From: Octopus vulgaris
Lineage: Eukaryota
Length of the DNA: 64,000 nt
Direction of reading: 5' to 3'
Assembly (NCBI GenBank): GCA_951406725.2
Contig: OX597830.1
Span: 53,940,001-54,004,000 of the forward strand
Shown piece after piece: positions 34,030-59,514 of the stretch. A program made the position numbers and the translations under genes. Below the pieces are notes generated by a model, which worked only from the letters and a program-made list of their open reading frames with translations, was not told the origin of the DNA and did no database searches. The number at the start of each line of letters is the position of its first letter. Within the stretch, counting starts at the first letter, position 1.

Positions 34030-35299
34030 TATATTTTTTTGTTTTGAATATTTCCAAAGTGTGTTTTATTATTATTATTATTATTATTATTTTGTTTCAC
34101 TTCTTTTACAATTGAATTGAATTGAACTGGTTTCAGCTTATGAGCTGTGGCCATGCTGGGGCACTGCCATTATTAGTCAATAGTTAACCAATTAAATAAT
34201 GTTAACTAGAAATAATTATATGTTAAGATGAATAGACAAGCTCATTTGTGTTAAAATACTTAAAACATGTTAACTACAAATAATTGTACATCTAAGATAT
34301 AGATAGATGGATAGATATTTATGTTAATGTTAATATGCTTAAAAGCTAACATGATATAATGCTGTGGTGCACAAAAATAATTTTGAAATTTGAATGCAAA
34401 TATGAACATGAAAAAAGGAAAAAAAGGACAACAACAAAATTTAATTTTTTTAATCAATTTTTTTATTTAAGTTTTTAGATAAAATATTTACATAGATTTT
34501 GCTGTAAAAATATCTTATTACTGTATGCTATAGTTGTAAATTTGTATAATGGTAGTATTAAATTGGTTTTAGTTTCTGATATATTCTACCATTTATGCAT
34601 TCATTTCAAGAGAATTAAGAAAAATTTGTTTTTAAATATGCAGTTCTTTTTATGTGATCAAGGCAATATTGTTTTGTTTTGTAGTAGTGTTGTGTCACTG
34701 AATGCTGGGTTGTTGGATGTGTGTGTGTGACACTTTTCTGACAAATACATTTATTTAATTCTCTCTAAGCCTTCATTTTGATGTGGTTCGATTTTAAGAA
34801 CTGGGTCAGTGTAAAGGTAAATTTACAGGAATCAGGAATCAAAAAGAGGAAAAAAGAAAGGATGTCTTTTTTTTCTATGTTCTTCCAATATTCAGAAGAT
34901 GTAGCAAGTGAAAGGTGTCAAGTGACTTGACAAGACTATGATAGTGGCTACAGTGAGTTAAACTACCTCCCTGTCATCCAAAATATCTTAAGTAGTCTAA
35001 AAGAAGCGAAAATAAAACAAACTAACATTGTGCTGCCTGTAGTATCAAATGAGTAGCAAATAGCAAGTATGAAATATGTGTCAAGAAAAAGAAGAAAAAG
35101 CAAGAACAAAAGCATTTAAAAAAGCTACCAAAAAAAAAAAGAACAACTAAAATGTAAAATAAACTATTAAAAACTGAAGGAATTTAGAGAGTGAGAAGAA
35201 AAAATGGTTACAAATGAAATTATTGCGATATTCTCTCTATATATATGTTTGTACATATATATTTATATATAAGGATGGATATAAAAGACCCAAGGAAAA

Positions 35300-45971
<10,672 letters not shown>

Positions 45972-47061
45972 CTGTAGCATGAAAAAAAATTGCAAAAAAA
46001 AAAAAGAAAATTTAGAATCTTAAAATTAGGATAAAAGTCGACGTGTCTATTGTAAAGACTCAAGTGTTAATCGTAATATGGCGGTTAACGGTAGAAATGT
46101 ATATATATTTTTTACATCGGGCTGTAATATGTTTTGTTATATAAATTCGGTATTTATTGTTTTATTTTTCTCCGACCGAATTTTATGGTGAATGAATACT
46201 AATGAAATTTATATAATTTTCAAAATAAAAATATTTAAATTAAAATACAATTAAAGCGGAATTTCCGATTTCGTATATCTAAAATAAACATATTTTATTA
46301 GTAACTGTGATATTAGTTAATTATCGATAATTAACTATATGACATCACCTAATGTTATCCGCAATGGCCAGAGTATATAAACCTGAACATTGTCGTACGT
46401 GAATAACACTAGTTTAGGATAACCTAACCAAGGGAGATAAATACGATAAAATCAGGATTATCTTCCTTTATGGGACGTATAAACAAAAAGAGGGGAGAGA
46501 TAAACTGCCAATGATTATAATAGATTACTGGAAGGGGTGGGGGTGCAAAGAAATGGGAAGATAAAAGGGCCATGCATTTGTTTTAGTTTTTCCACCACCA
46601 TCATTATCAAAATCTATGAAATACAACGACAACGAATACAAAATGACAACACAAAAAAACACAGTAGCAGTCAAAGAAAGAAAAAAGACAAACCACACAC
46701 ATGCTGGTTATAATGAAGAAAGGGAAGGAGGAGGAGGGAGAGGAGGAAGAGGGGAAGGAGGAGAAAAAAATGAGGAGGAGGCAAAAATGAAGGAGAAAGA
46801 GCAAATGAAAGAGGAGGAGTAGGAGGACAATGGTGGTGACGATAATGATGATGATGATGAAAAGAAGAAGAAGGAGAAGAAGAGGAAGAAGAAGAAGAAG
46901 AGCAACAATAATAATAACAACAGAGTGAAGAAACATTGAGAATTGAGTCGAAGAGGGTGAACTTTAAAGAAGTGTCAGCGTGTCAGACGTAGCGTTGTGC
47001 ATGTGTATGTGTGTGTAATTCTGTGTATGTGTATAACTCTGTGTGTGTTATTGCATGTATG

Positions 47062-47128
<67 letters not shown>

Positions 47129-47685
47129 CACACATCACCACACCACACCACACCACACCACACCACACCACACCACACCATCACTACATCGCACCATCCT
47201 GCACATACTAGCCATGACCACTTCCCAGCATCTACACCACACCACACACCACATCATGCCACACCACATCACACCAGCCGCACACGCTAGTACTGACCTC
47301 TTCCCAGCACCCACACAATCATCCACACACCTACACGTCAAGGTCACCAGCCCTAATTCACACGCACACACTTACATGCTCTCACATACATACGCATGCG
47401 CACCTTTGTTTTGGGATCACCACTATTTTATTATCTCCCTTTCTTCCTAGCTCTCCTGCCTGACCACCTCCGCCCAAGCATCGCCATGACTGACCGCTAG
47501 CCACTACAGCTGTTTTTATTTTCTCTCTATTTTCTCGTGTTCCTTTCTGTTGCATGCATTACTTGGGTGGTAGAAAGGTAGCTAACACACAGGTTGGCTG
47601 AATGAATATATTTATATGGAATACAATACACAGAGTACGAAATAAAGAATACAAAATAAACAGAAAGAGTTATGTAATAGTCTTA

Positions 47686-47820
47686 TCTTGACAGCTGTTT
47701 CGGTAAACCATTGCTTATGTCGTAACCATGTTCATTAAAAACCATAATATCGCAGGTGTACGGAATAACTCAAGTTCCTTTAGATCCCTCAAGCAAGGTC
47801 AGGTCATCCTCATCGGAAGA
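47686..47820 (-). ncRNA. Hammerhead-like motif with a large stem II insert (probable Penelope pLTR remnant)
   Basis: tctt-CCGATGA-gg[~105 nt]cc-GAAA-cAGCTg-TC-aaga; perfect 4-bp stem I; U4>C change in the core. Confidence 0.45.
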
Positions 47821-47867
47821 ATATCGCTACATACATACATACATACATACATACATACATACATACA

Positions 47868-47901
<34 letters not shown>

Positions 47902-48059
47902 CGTGTGTGTGTGCGTATATATGTGTTTGTTTATTTGTGTGTGTGTGTGTGTGTGTATATATGTGTTTGTTTGTGTGTGTGTGTGTTTGTGTGCGCGTGT
48001 GTATGTATACATATCCGGTTACTCTTAGTGATATTAGTAACATGTGACCTAGTACAACG

Positions 48060-48530
48060 TATCGCACGGTGGTTTTCGTCGGACACTCTACAAGAGGAAA
48101 ATCAAAATCTTCAGCCGGCGGATGAACTCAGTCGAGTCAACGTCCATCTAACAGCTGGGTGTGAGGGAGATCCCCTAGTCTTTGGTTTAGACATCCCTCT
48201 AAGAGAAGTAAAACTCTGATGTAAGACTTTCGACTTCGTTTGCATCCAATGATGTAGATTAGTTCTTAATTTCGGTTAAATCCATACGTTGTTCAGAGAG
48301 AGTGATTAGCCCAGTGCAAGACATTTCGTCACTTCAAAGAGCTCCAGGCGCAGGCATCGTTTAGTTTTTAACATCTCTATTAGCATCTCTATTATGTATT
48401 GCATAATACGGCGTGCTGTATCGAGAAAGGCAAAATATTCAATGAAAAATTCCATGATGGAATGACGTCATACTTCAGTGTTGGTGGTAACTCTTTGAGC
48501 ACCAATTGCAAGTTAATAGTGACTGTGTCC
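48060..48530. repeat. Unclassified interspersed repeat; second copy at about 61510-61920
   Basis: Shared blocks gatgaactcagtcgagtcaacgtc, gttgttcagagag..gtgattagcccag and gagaaaggcaaa..aatgaaaaattccatgatggaatg. Confidence 0.7.
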
Positions 48531-48599
48531 TTAACAAGACTGCTCATACTTAAAAGAACAATCAAGCGATGGCATTATACAAAATCGGGTTGCAGCCAT

Positions 48600-48637
<38 letters not shown>

Positions 48638-50227
48638 GGCATGTGTGCATGTGTGTATTGTGTATATATTTATGTGAGTGTGTATACACACACTTATGAG
48701 GGTGAGTAATTAATTATTCGCAATGCATTAATTTGGACAACTAATGATTTGTCGTCGTATACCTCTGTGTTTGTGTGTGCTTGCGCTTACAAGGATCAGC
48801 CAGTCATATATTGAGCTTCCTCGAAGCAGTTTTATTCAGAATTAATCTTGTCGAACATAAAATAGTGAGAAACTATGTACTCTTGTGAGTTAGCTATTTG
48901 CAGCGAGCTGCCAGACTTATTAGAACACGGGACAAAATGTCTCGCACTATGTGTTCTGGCTCTTTACGTCCCAAGTCAAAATCGTAGTTGATAAAATAAT
49001 GTACCAGTCAGGTACTGGTATTGTTGGGATTGAGTTCAAATTCCGCCGAGGTCGAATTTGCCTTTCATCCTTTCGGGGTCGATAACTTAAGTACCATTTA
49101 CGCACTGGGGTCGATGTGATCGACTTAATCCGTTTGCTTGATCTTGTTTTTCCTCTCTGTGTTTAGCCCCTTGTGGGTAGTAAAGAAATAGGTATTGTTG
49201 GGATTGACAAACCTTCATCCTCAAAGTTGCTGGCTTTGTACCTATGTCATAAATCATGAAAGGCGGCTAGCTGGCAAAATCGTTATCGATCTGGACAAAT
49301 ATGCTTTGGTTTTGAGTTCAAATGCCACCGAAGCCGACTTTGCCTTTCATCCTTTCGGGATCGAAGAAATAAGGACCAGTTGAATACTGGGTTTGATGTA
49401 ATCGACAACCCCCTCCCCCCTCCAACAAAATTCTAGGTCTTGTGTCTATAGGAGAAAGGATTATCATTATTATTGCTTAGCAATATTTTTACGTTCTGAG
49501 CACAAACCCCGCGGAGGTCAACCTTGTTCAAGTAAGTTACTAAAATTGGTGGCATTGGGCCAAAATTTGAAACCATTATTATTATTATTGGTAGAATGAC
49601 TAGTGTTGTACAAAGCATTTTGCGATATTTAGTTACGTCTCGCTATTCTGAGTTCGGATACCTGCAGAGTAATTGCGTTCTGGTTATAAATGAGTATCAC
49701 TAATATGCTCGATCAATTTAAATGATTACACTCTCCTTCCAAAAATTATGTCCTTGGGACAATATTGCAAGTCATTACTTCCAAGATTGCTGTGAAAAAT
49801 AGTTGTAACTGTATAGTACCAGACTTAATACTTATAACTACGTTCTTTGACGTTCTGAGTTCAAATCCCACCGAAGACGACCTTGCTTTTGATCCCTTTA
49901 GAGTCGATTGATGATGTAAGTAATAACCATTTCTGAGATTGAATTATCACATATTGACATGTACACAAATTTACCCTGATACACTGACATTCAGCTACAA
50001 ACACACACACACACATAGTGTTTTGACCTTAAAAGGCCTTCCGATGGATGAAGGGGCTGTGATTATAGCCTTGTCAGACTCTTTGATGGATAAGGGGCTG
50101 TGTTTACGATCTCAGCAGGACTCCGATGAAGATAAGGGCTGTGTTTATGGCCCTAATAGACTCTCCGGCACAGATCAGGTCGATATGGCTAATGTTCTAC
50201 TTGAGAAACTGCATGATACGAATGAAA

Positions 50228-50305
<78 letters not shown>

Positions 50306-50537
50306 GAAGCTGGTGAGAGTCGAGACGTTCTAGAAAGCAAAGACTGAAATAGAGGTTAATGTAGAGCCTTCTTCGGGGATGGAGTCAGACATAATATTGG
50401 TAACATGACGAGGAGATACGAGTGAGGCAGGTTGGCCTCGATGAAGCAAGAAAGAAACCTATCAGAGTCGGCTTGCCCTTTGTGAAGGTCCATCCAGAGA
50501 AAAATCCACTGTAGTAGCAGTAAGATATATATATAAG

Positions 50538-50940
<403 letters not shown>

Positions 50941-51036
50941 TTTCATATATATAAGAAGAGAGAGAGGGGGGAGAGAGAAATGAGAGCTAAAGACAGAAGA
51001 GAAAGGACGGAGAGGGAGTGAATGAAGATAGAGAGC

Positions 51037-51102
<66 letters not shown>

Positions 51103-52390
51103 AGGAGAATGGGAAAAGAAATAGCGCATCAGTGGGCGATTTCATAAGCAGTCAGTCTTTGATTGTCGTGTATGATGTTTGTGTACAGCAGCAGAACTGT
51201 TCTAAATATGGCAGCATTATAATATTCTTTTCTACTCTAGGCACAAGGCCCGAAATTTTTGGGGAGGAGGCTAGTCGATTAGATCGACCCCAGTACGCAA
51301 GTGGTGCTTAATTTATCGACCCCCGGAAGGATGAAAGGCAAAGCCGATCTCGGCGGAATTTGAACTCAGAACATAAAGACAGACGAAATACCTATTTCTA
51401 TTTCTTTACTACCCACAAGGGGCTAAACACAGTGAGAGGACAAACAAGGACAGAGAAACGGATTAAGTCGATTATGTCGACCCCAGTGCGTAACTGGTAC
51501 TTATTTAATCGACCCCGAAAGGATGAAAGGCAAAGTCGACCCCGGCGGAATTAGGACTCAGAACGTAACGGCAGACGAAATACTACTAAGCATTTCTCCC
51601 GGCGTGCTAACAATTCTGCCAGCTTGCTGTCTTGGCAGTGTTATAATATTGTAAATCTCGCATATCTCTTGAAGAAAGTAAGTAATTCTTTGAAGTTGAA
51701 ATGTTTTCTGTCTCCAAAGAGGAAGTTGTTTTATTACCCTGGCACTGAACTTAGAACTTAACTGGGGTTTAAACTCATGATATAGATGGACGTGGTTATT
51801 TATAGCAGGACACTTATTGAGTCCAACATTCATTTAGACCTGAACATTTTAAGACAATGTGTTCGAGATACACACACACGTCATACATACATGATGGCTG
51901 TCAACAAGTAGACGAGTATGACCGTCACTGATAAATCAATGCCTGTGCGAAAGTTTCGGTTCAACAAATCTTGCACATCTCCTCATAGCCCCTCTCCATC
52001 TTATCAGCATGATCCAGAGACAGGCCAAGGCAAGATATCCAGCGCCAATTTAAGCTCAGAAATGTAGGAGCGCTGTTATCTCAAGCGCAAGTAAAATATC
52101 CTCAAAATGTCCAGTGCCATTCCTTGCGTATCCGGTTTTATATCAAAGTAGCCTTCTCCTAGAGACATGCTTTAACAAAAGCTAAGGGATGTCTCGCCCT
52201 CAATGGTCTTCCAGCACGCCGGACTTCAACCCGGAATATCTGAGTATCCCTGCTTCTGCTAGTTAGACGTTGAACATATAGTCTGGGATCATCCGTCCTT
52301 TTGGTAGGTCTTGTTTTCAGTCTTGCTGGGTTTCAAGTAACCCTCCTCACAAAGCTAGTCTGGAGGGTGTACCAGTTTAGTCGCCAACGA

Positions 52391-52482
<92 letters not shown>

Positions 52483-52514
52483 GCTTGTTTATAGATAGAT
52501 ATGTATGTGTGTGC

Positions 52515-52553
<39 letters not shown>

Positions 52554-52591
52554 CGTGTGTGTATATATAAATACACACACACACACACACA

Positions 52592-52651
<60 letters not shown>

Positions 52652-52787
52652 GAGCAAGTTGGGTGAAGATCGGAAAGTGAAATGTTGAATGGTGACTCGC
52701 AAAGACAACCTTCCCAAAAAATCGATTCCACTCTACTAAAGAAGTATTGAGTAGTCTTTCATGTAATAATTGCACTGATACAAAGTG

Positions 52788-52828
<41 letters not shown>

Positions 52829-52843
52829 ATACACACACACACA

Positions 52844-52940
<97 letters not shown>

Positions 52941-54402
52941 CCGTGGAGAAATGAAATTAAACTCGATTCTAGCGGAGTTTGAAAGCATAACCTTGAGACA
53001 CAGCAATTAACTGTCTTTATTTCTTCATGCTTTCTATTTCTTCAACAGAAAAAAAAAAAAAATTATGAGTAAAACGAAACATTATTAAAAGAACCAAAAA
53101 AAAGTTTAAAAACTTTATATCGTTGAAGGCAGATTAGAGTGAGGAGGACTGGGGGTGACAGGGTTCCAATAAGTGAGCAAATACATGGGTAGGTGAATGA
53201 ATGAGTGAGTGAGTGAGTGAGTGAACGAGTGGGAAAGTGAGGTAAGTGAGCGAATGAAAGAATGACTAGGCGAGTGAATGAAAACAAAACGAAAAAGACA
53301 GGAAGAAAGAGGTAAAAAAGAGAGAGAAAGACAAACAGAGAAGACAGAGAAGGAATCGGGTCAAAATGAACGAAAGCTAAAGCCAAGGAAGAGAGTTTAG
53401 CGTTTCATTGAAGTCAACCCTGAGTGGAGTGTGTGTAAGCTATACTCACAGGACCAAGATTTCTCACTCATCAACATATGCGGTTCATGGGCTGAAACTG
53501 AGAAGATACGTATTTAAAGTAGATGACCACTGATACACTTGTAGTCCGGTAGAGGGCAAACATTATCACAGGCATGGGCTGGTTTGTGACAGTCAAGTTT
53601 CGGTCAAATACTGTTGGAAAAGTAAAAACCCTAACATGGGCCATAACAAGTAACCTGAGATGCTAAGAACCTTCCTAAGTATCCTAGCAGCCCCTAATAA
53701 CTGTTTTCCGGAACTGCACTAAACAAGGTATATTTAAAACCAATTTCCTCTATCCATCGGTTCGAATCTTTAGGGATTGTTCCTAATGCACCTATAATTA
53801 AAGGGATACATTTTACCCGCACTTTCCATAACCTCTGTAACTCAATAACAGAATCGTTAGCACGCCGGGCGAAATGCTTAGCGGTATTTCGTCTGATGCT
53901 ACGTTCTTGGTTCAAATTCCGCCAAGGCCGACTTTGCCTTTCATCCTTTCGGGGTCGATTAAATAAGTACCGGTTACGCACTGGGGATCGATATATATAA
54001 TCGACTTAATCCGTTTGTCTGTCCTTGTTTGTTCCCTCTGTGTGGAGCCCCTTGTGGACAGTAAAGAAATAAGAATCATTAGCACGTCGGACGAAATACC
54101 GCCGAGTTCGACATTACCTTTCATCCTTTCGGGGTCGATAAAATAAGTACCAGTTGAGCACTGGGGTCGAAGTAATCGACTTATCCAAAATTTGAAATTA
54201 TTATTATTTGCACACTGGAGCCTATGTTATAGATCAGTGCTGTAAGCTAGAGCATCGTTCTGAGGTTCAATAAAATAAGTTACATTCTAGTGTGGATTTA
54301 ATTGGCTATACATCGATGATATACTTCTCATTAGTGTGTTGCAGAATACTGGATATTCTGTCAATTTTTCGGTAATAACATCAGTTATCGTCTCTATATG
54401 CA

Positions 54403-54841
54403 TGTAGCGATATTGATATCCTAACTCTTTGAGAGACACAATAAGAATGATCTCGTTTGAGATTACAACCATCGTCGCCATACCACTGAAGCAGGAGCAT
54501 GGCTGGCAGGCTGGTCGTCTGTCGCTGGAACTGGAATACGGCTGAGTAGCTCTGTGGTCAGTGACTAGACCTTAAAAGGTCTGGAGGCGAAAGACGGAGA
54601 ATAGTGAAAACAAGCTTATTTATAGCCCGTGCAAGGCTCAAAGAAGGGCATCTTAAGCAGGCCCTATCCGAAGGCCGTGATTGGTTGGCTTTACACCCTG
54701 GCGCGAAATAAGTAGAGAGACAGACCGCGCTAGATGCCAACCAATCAGATCAGTGGAGACAACAGGGTCAAACTAGCCAAAGATGGTTGTAATCTCAAAC
54801 TATTGTGTCTCTCAAAGAGGGAGGATATCAATATCGCTACA
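54403..54841. mobile_element. ~440-bp TIR element with TGT...ACA termini (Ginger-like MITE?)
   Basis: ~60-70-bp inverted repeats TGTAGCGATATTGATATCC...GAGATTACAACCATC; flanks TGCA / TGCT. Confidence 0.7.
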
Positions 54842-55144
54842 TGCTTTCACTCTGTGCCTATAGTTAGAGACTAGGGATGTTAATAACACCCGTTAATTCC
54901 TCTACATGCCTTACTCTATCAAAAGTTACAGGGACCTGGGTTAAAAGGGGGATGTATTTTTACCTTAATTTAAATATCAGGATATTGCAACGGGGATGTG
55001 TTAACGGTCCAGATTCCTTTAAGATAAACTCTTCCTTTGTTTTTTGCCCCTTATCATCTTTCTTTTTCCTTGTGTTCTCTCTTTCTCGCTCTGTATTTCT
55101 CTATCTCTCATTCCTTTCTCTCATGTCCTCTCAAACTCCTTCTT

Positions 55145-55190
<46 letters not shown>

Positions 55191-55943
55191 CTTCTTTCTC
55201 TCTCTCTCTCTTTCTATGACAAGTGAACTGGTTGTAAGCAACCGAAGTGGCAGTGACTTTAGTGAGTGTGATTGATTAAATGAAGACTAAAGTGTTAGTG
55301 AAGGTGGTGAGTTTCTAAGTTCTAATTTCTACAAAATTTCTAGTATTTCGGCGTTGCTATTACAAAGGAACAATAAAATAAATAACACCAGTCGTATGCT
55401 GTAGATGGATCAATCAATTATAAAGGCTTTTGTTTTGGCCTAAACCGTTACTCCCTAGACTCTGTGTGTGTGCGTGTGTGCATGTATATATGTTATATAA
55501 ATGTATACATATGTATGTGTATATATGTGTGTGTATATATGTAATATGTGTGTACACACACACGCGCGCTTTATATGAAACTGCTTGTAACCAACAGCTA
55601 TTTATAGTTAGGCCTCATGGGAACTCGTCTCTTTTTACACCAGCTGATGAATCAAATGATGAAACATCTAGGTGTACCGGAAGATTACTACAAAGTAAAT
55701 ATATGCGTATTTTCTTTATATTCGAGATTAATTTCTTTCGTTTACTTATATCACGTAGACGCAATTGGTAATCAGTTGTCGAGCACACCCAATGATCAGA
55801 TTAGACTATTAAGATGTGCTCCAAGAGGTTCATGATAGTCTATTCATCATACATGTATGAATGTATGTGTATATATATATATATATCGTATATATACATA
55901 TAAATGTTTATGTATGTTTATATATGTATGTATGTGTGTGTGT

Positions 55944-56002
<59 letters not shown>

Positions 56003-56699
56003 TCCAATAAAAACTGAATTTATTAGAAAAAATGGTTTTATACTGTGATTAATGTCGAAGATGAAAAATCCAGGAATGTATTCTTGAATGAAAGAAGTAA
56101 ATAACTCGGGGACTATTTACAAAGGAATAAATATCAGTTTGATAGGGATCACGAAGGTGGCAAGCTGGCAGAAACGTTCGCCTGTCGGGCGAAATGCTTA
56201 ACGGAATTTCGTCCCTTTTTACTCCGTTGTGTCTGGGGAGAGTCATTTTCTTTTTGTGCCTTATAATTTAACACACTCACCGGTAAAATTTCTACGGTAG
56301 ACTTTAACTTTCATCCTTTCGGGGTCGATAAAATAAGTACCAGTTGAACACTGGGGTCGATGTAATCGACTTGCTCCTTCCCTCAAAACTGTTGGCCTTG
56401 TGCCAAAATTTGAAAGAGATAGGCGGCGAGCTGGTAGAATCGTTAGCACGCCGGGGGAAAATACTCGGCGGCATTTCGTCCGTCTTTACGTTCAGAGTTC
56501 AAATTCCGTTGAGGTCGACTTTGACTTTTATCTTGTCGGGGTCGATAAAATAAGTACCAGTGAAACACTGGGTTCAATGTATGAACTTACCCTGCCCCTT
56601 ACAATTGCTGGCCTTGTGCCAAAATTTGAAACGAATATTATATTGATGACAACTTGGTATAACACACCCTTTACTCCAATACATCAGTGATGTGGTTAG

Positions 56700-57494
56700 G
56701 TATGCTAAAGACCAAATTTTTGTAGCAATCTCGAATTATCTCCTGTATCTCAACCAGTAATTTTCTTCTCATTATAATCTGTAAATTTTCTCATGATGTA
56801 TTCCAACAGATTTTCTGCAGGGTTCAGTTTAGGAGCTGATCTTTGCAATGCACCCAAAAGAGTTATATCGTTGTCTGTAAGCCAGTCATTCATATATTTT
56901 ACTGAATGGTAGGCTGCACCATTCTTTTGGAATAAAGTATGGTTACAAATGATCATATAAGTAGGCCGCTTCTTCAGAATATCCTGGTATGCTTTAGAGT
57001 TTCTGATTTTACTTTGAAGAATTATCCAAATACCTACACTTCCTTTGCAGAAAATGAGTCCTATATCATTGTTGGACTTTTGTATGTGTATACTTGGGAT
57101 TGTACCTTGCGTTTGATGGACGACAACTGAAAGGAGCATTAAATGCAAATTGTTAAACAGATGTTTCCTCACTAAATATGATTTTATGCCAGTTTTTTGT
57201 AAAATTTTTCTGATCCCTGCAAAAATTGCAGACAACTTTTTTTTGTGATAGTCTCATCATGTTTTCACGAAATGTTTTGCTGCTACGTTGAAGTTTCCCT
57301 TAAAGTATCAGAAATGTCGAAATTATGAAATAATATTTTATCATTCATGTATATTAATGTGTAATATCAATTAATTAACTCAGTTTCCGGAAAATAAATT
57401 TTGAAGGCTATTCAGAAAAATACTAAATTTCATCATTGCATTCAGACAAGCGCTGCACACGCACATTCATTCTAAAATTTAATGGCAACTGTAA
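56700..57494 (-). mobile_element. Degraded Tc1-like transposon
   Basis: LFQKNGAAYHSVKYMNDWL...SAPKLNPAENL resembles Tc1 FQQDNAP.H....W...SPDLNPIENL; the minus strand begins TA-CAGTTGCC. Confidence 0.7.
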
Positions 57495-57545
57495 ACCTAT
57501 TGTTTTTATTTTTTCTGCATAATTAAAGTTGGCAAAACTAGAATA

Positions 57546-57870
57546 CTGTGGAACCTCGGTTTACGAATTTAGTTCGTTTCCGAAGATCGTTCGTCACCCG
57601 AAATGTTCGTAAACGGAAATTGTTTTGCCCCAAAGGAAATTCAAGAGAAAGCACAGCAAATTTGAACAGAGATGTGCGGCGCTGAGCGAAAGCTAAACAG
57701 CAACTGACGTTCTTCCGCTGATACCCTCAGCTTGTCGCCAACCGTTGTTGTCAGCTTGCATGTTCGTTGCATGAAACATCGTTCGTTACCCAAGACATTT
57801 TATGTTCGAAGAATTGTTTGGAAACCGCTTTGTTCGTGATGAGAGGCATTCGTAAGCCGAGGTTCCATTG
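57546..57870. mobile_element. Tigger/pogo-like MITE
   Basis: TIRs CTGTGGAACCTCGGTTTACGAAT / ATTCGTAAGCCGAGGTTCCATTG; TA on the left flank. Confidence 0.7.
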
Positions 57871-58051
57871 CGTTTTGAAGCAAAATGTCTTATAGTGTTT
57901 GATTATGTCCCTTTTACGGTCTGAGTTCGAATCCCACTGCAATCGACTTTATATCCTTCCATTCTTTAGAGTTTTTCTAAAATCAATGAACTACTTTTCC
58001 CTCTTTCCAAAATGATTTGTAGCCAAGAGGAGAAAGAAAGAAAGAAAGGGT

Positions 58052-58129
<78 letters not shown>

Positions 58130-59120
58130 TGAAAGATAAGCTGACAGATGGACAGAGACACACAGAGAATGAGAGAGAAACAACACAAAAGAAGAGTTTA
58201 TATCTTTGATAAGGTAGAACTACTAACGACACCCTTAAAATATTTCAATATTTCGTTTGTATTCTTAACTTGCTAACTAGAATTGGTCCTTGATAATGTT
58301 TGTGGCATCCCTCTAGCAGACTGCAAAATGTTTTGTTCAAGAAGGATTTTACAAGAATTGCTTTATTTGATTGAAAAAGAAAATGTTCTTATGTGGTGAT
58401 AAGCAATTGAGATAAAGCCATATGCTAATGCATAATATAGACGTTAAGTTTTGACATCCAAAGGTACGTGATAATGCATTTGTAAAGTAAGCGTGGAAAC
58501 CCTTGAGGCGTTGACAAACGAAACTGGTTGCAATCAAGACCGAAGTGAACTGAGGAGAGGAAAACATTGAATTAATGTTTAAATTTGTCCAAGACGACTA
58601 AGGGTGAAAACTCCTGGACTCAAATAATTGAAATTAGAGTTAACTCTATTGAAATCTCAGTTCGGCAACAATGGAAATAGTCATGCAAGCAAAGGGAAGG
58701 GGGAAATATTAAACTAGTCTTTTTTAGGACACAGTGACAACTGTAGACATGTTTCGATGTTATTAACCCTCCTCAGCAAAGCATATTGTTATATTAAATT
58801 GATGTTAAGTTCTGACACTTAAAAGCCATTTGATAGTATATTAGCAAATAAAAACTGGACTTCGAGGGAATTTATGGTGGTGTGTTTTTGGTTAAATAAT
58901 GTTCAATTAAGTTAGTAAATTTGTATGTCTGTATTTTCTGGGGAGATGAGGATTCGGGTATTTTATGATTGACATTTCGTCGAAGAATCATTAGATTTAT
59001 GTTAACCGTCGACACCTAAATTAAAATAGATGATACGAAATGTTCATTGTTAGAACAATGATGATAATAAGAATATCATCGTCGTCATCATCATCATTAT
59101 CATCGTCGTCGTCGTCGTCG

Positions 59121-59151
<31 letters not shown>

Positions 59152-59455
59152 TTAACGTCCATATTCCATGCTCTCATGGAGTGGACGGTTCAACGAAATC
59201 CAACTAGTCTGAGGGCTGTGTTGTTCTCAAATGCTTGCTTTGGAATGGTTTTTACGACTGGACGTCTTTCCTAATGCCAACCTATATTTACAGAGTGTAC
59301 TGTGCGATTTTTTTTCTTGTGACTGACCACAAGTGAGGTCACCAAATAATTTGTAAGACAGAGGAAAGAATCTCGACTGCGTGGAGTCGTAGTGGAGAGG
59401 GCGGTGGCTTTATGACGGGTACTGAGAGGCTAAAGTATGATGCACCCGTGCGCTC

Positions 59456-59514
<59 letters not shown>

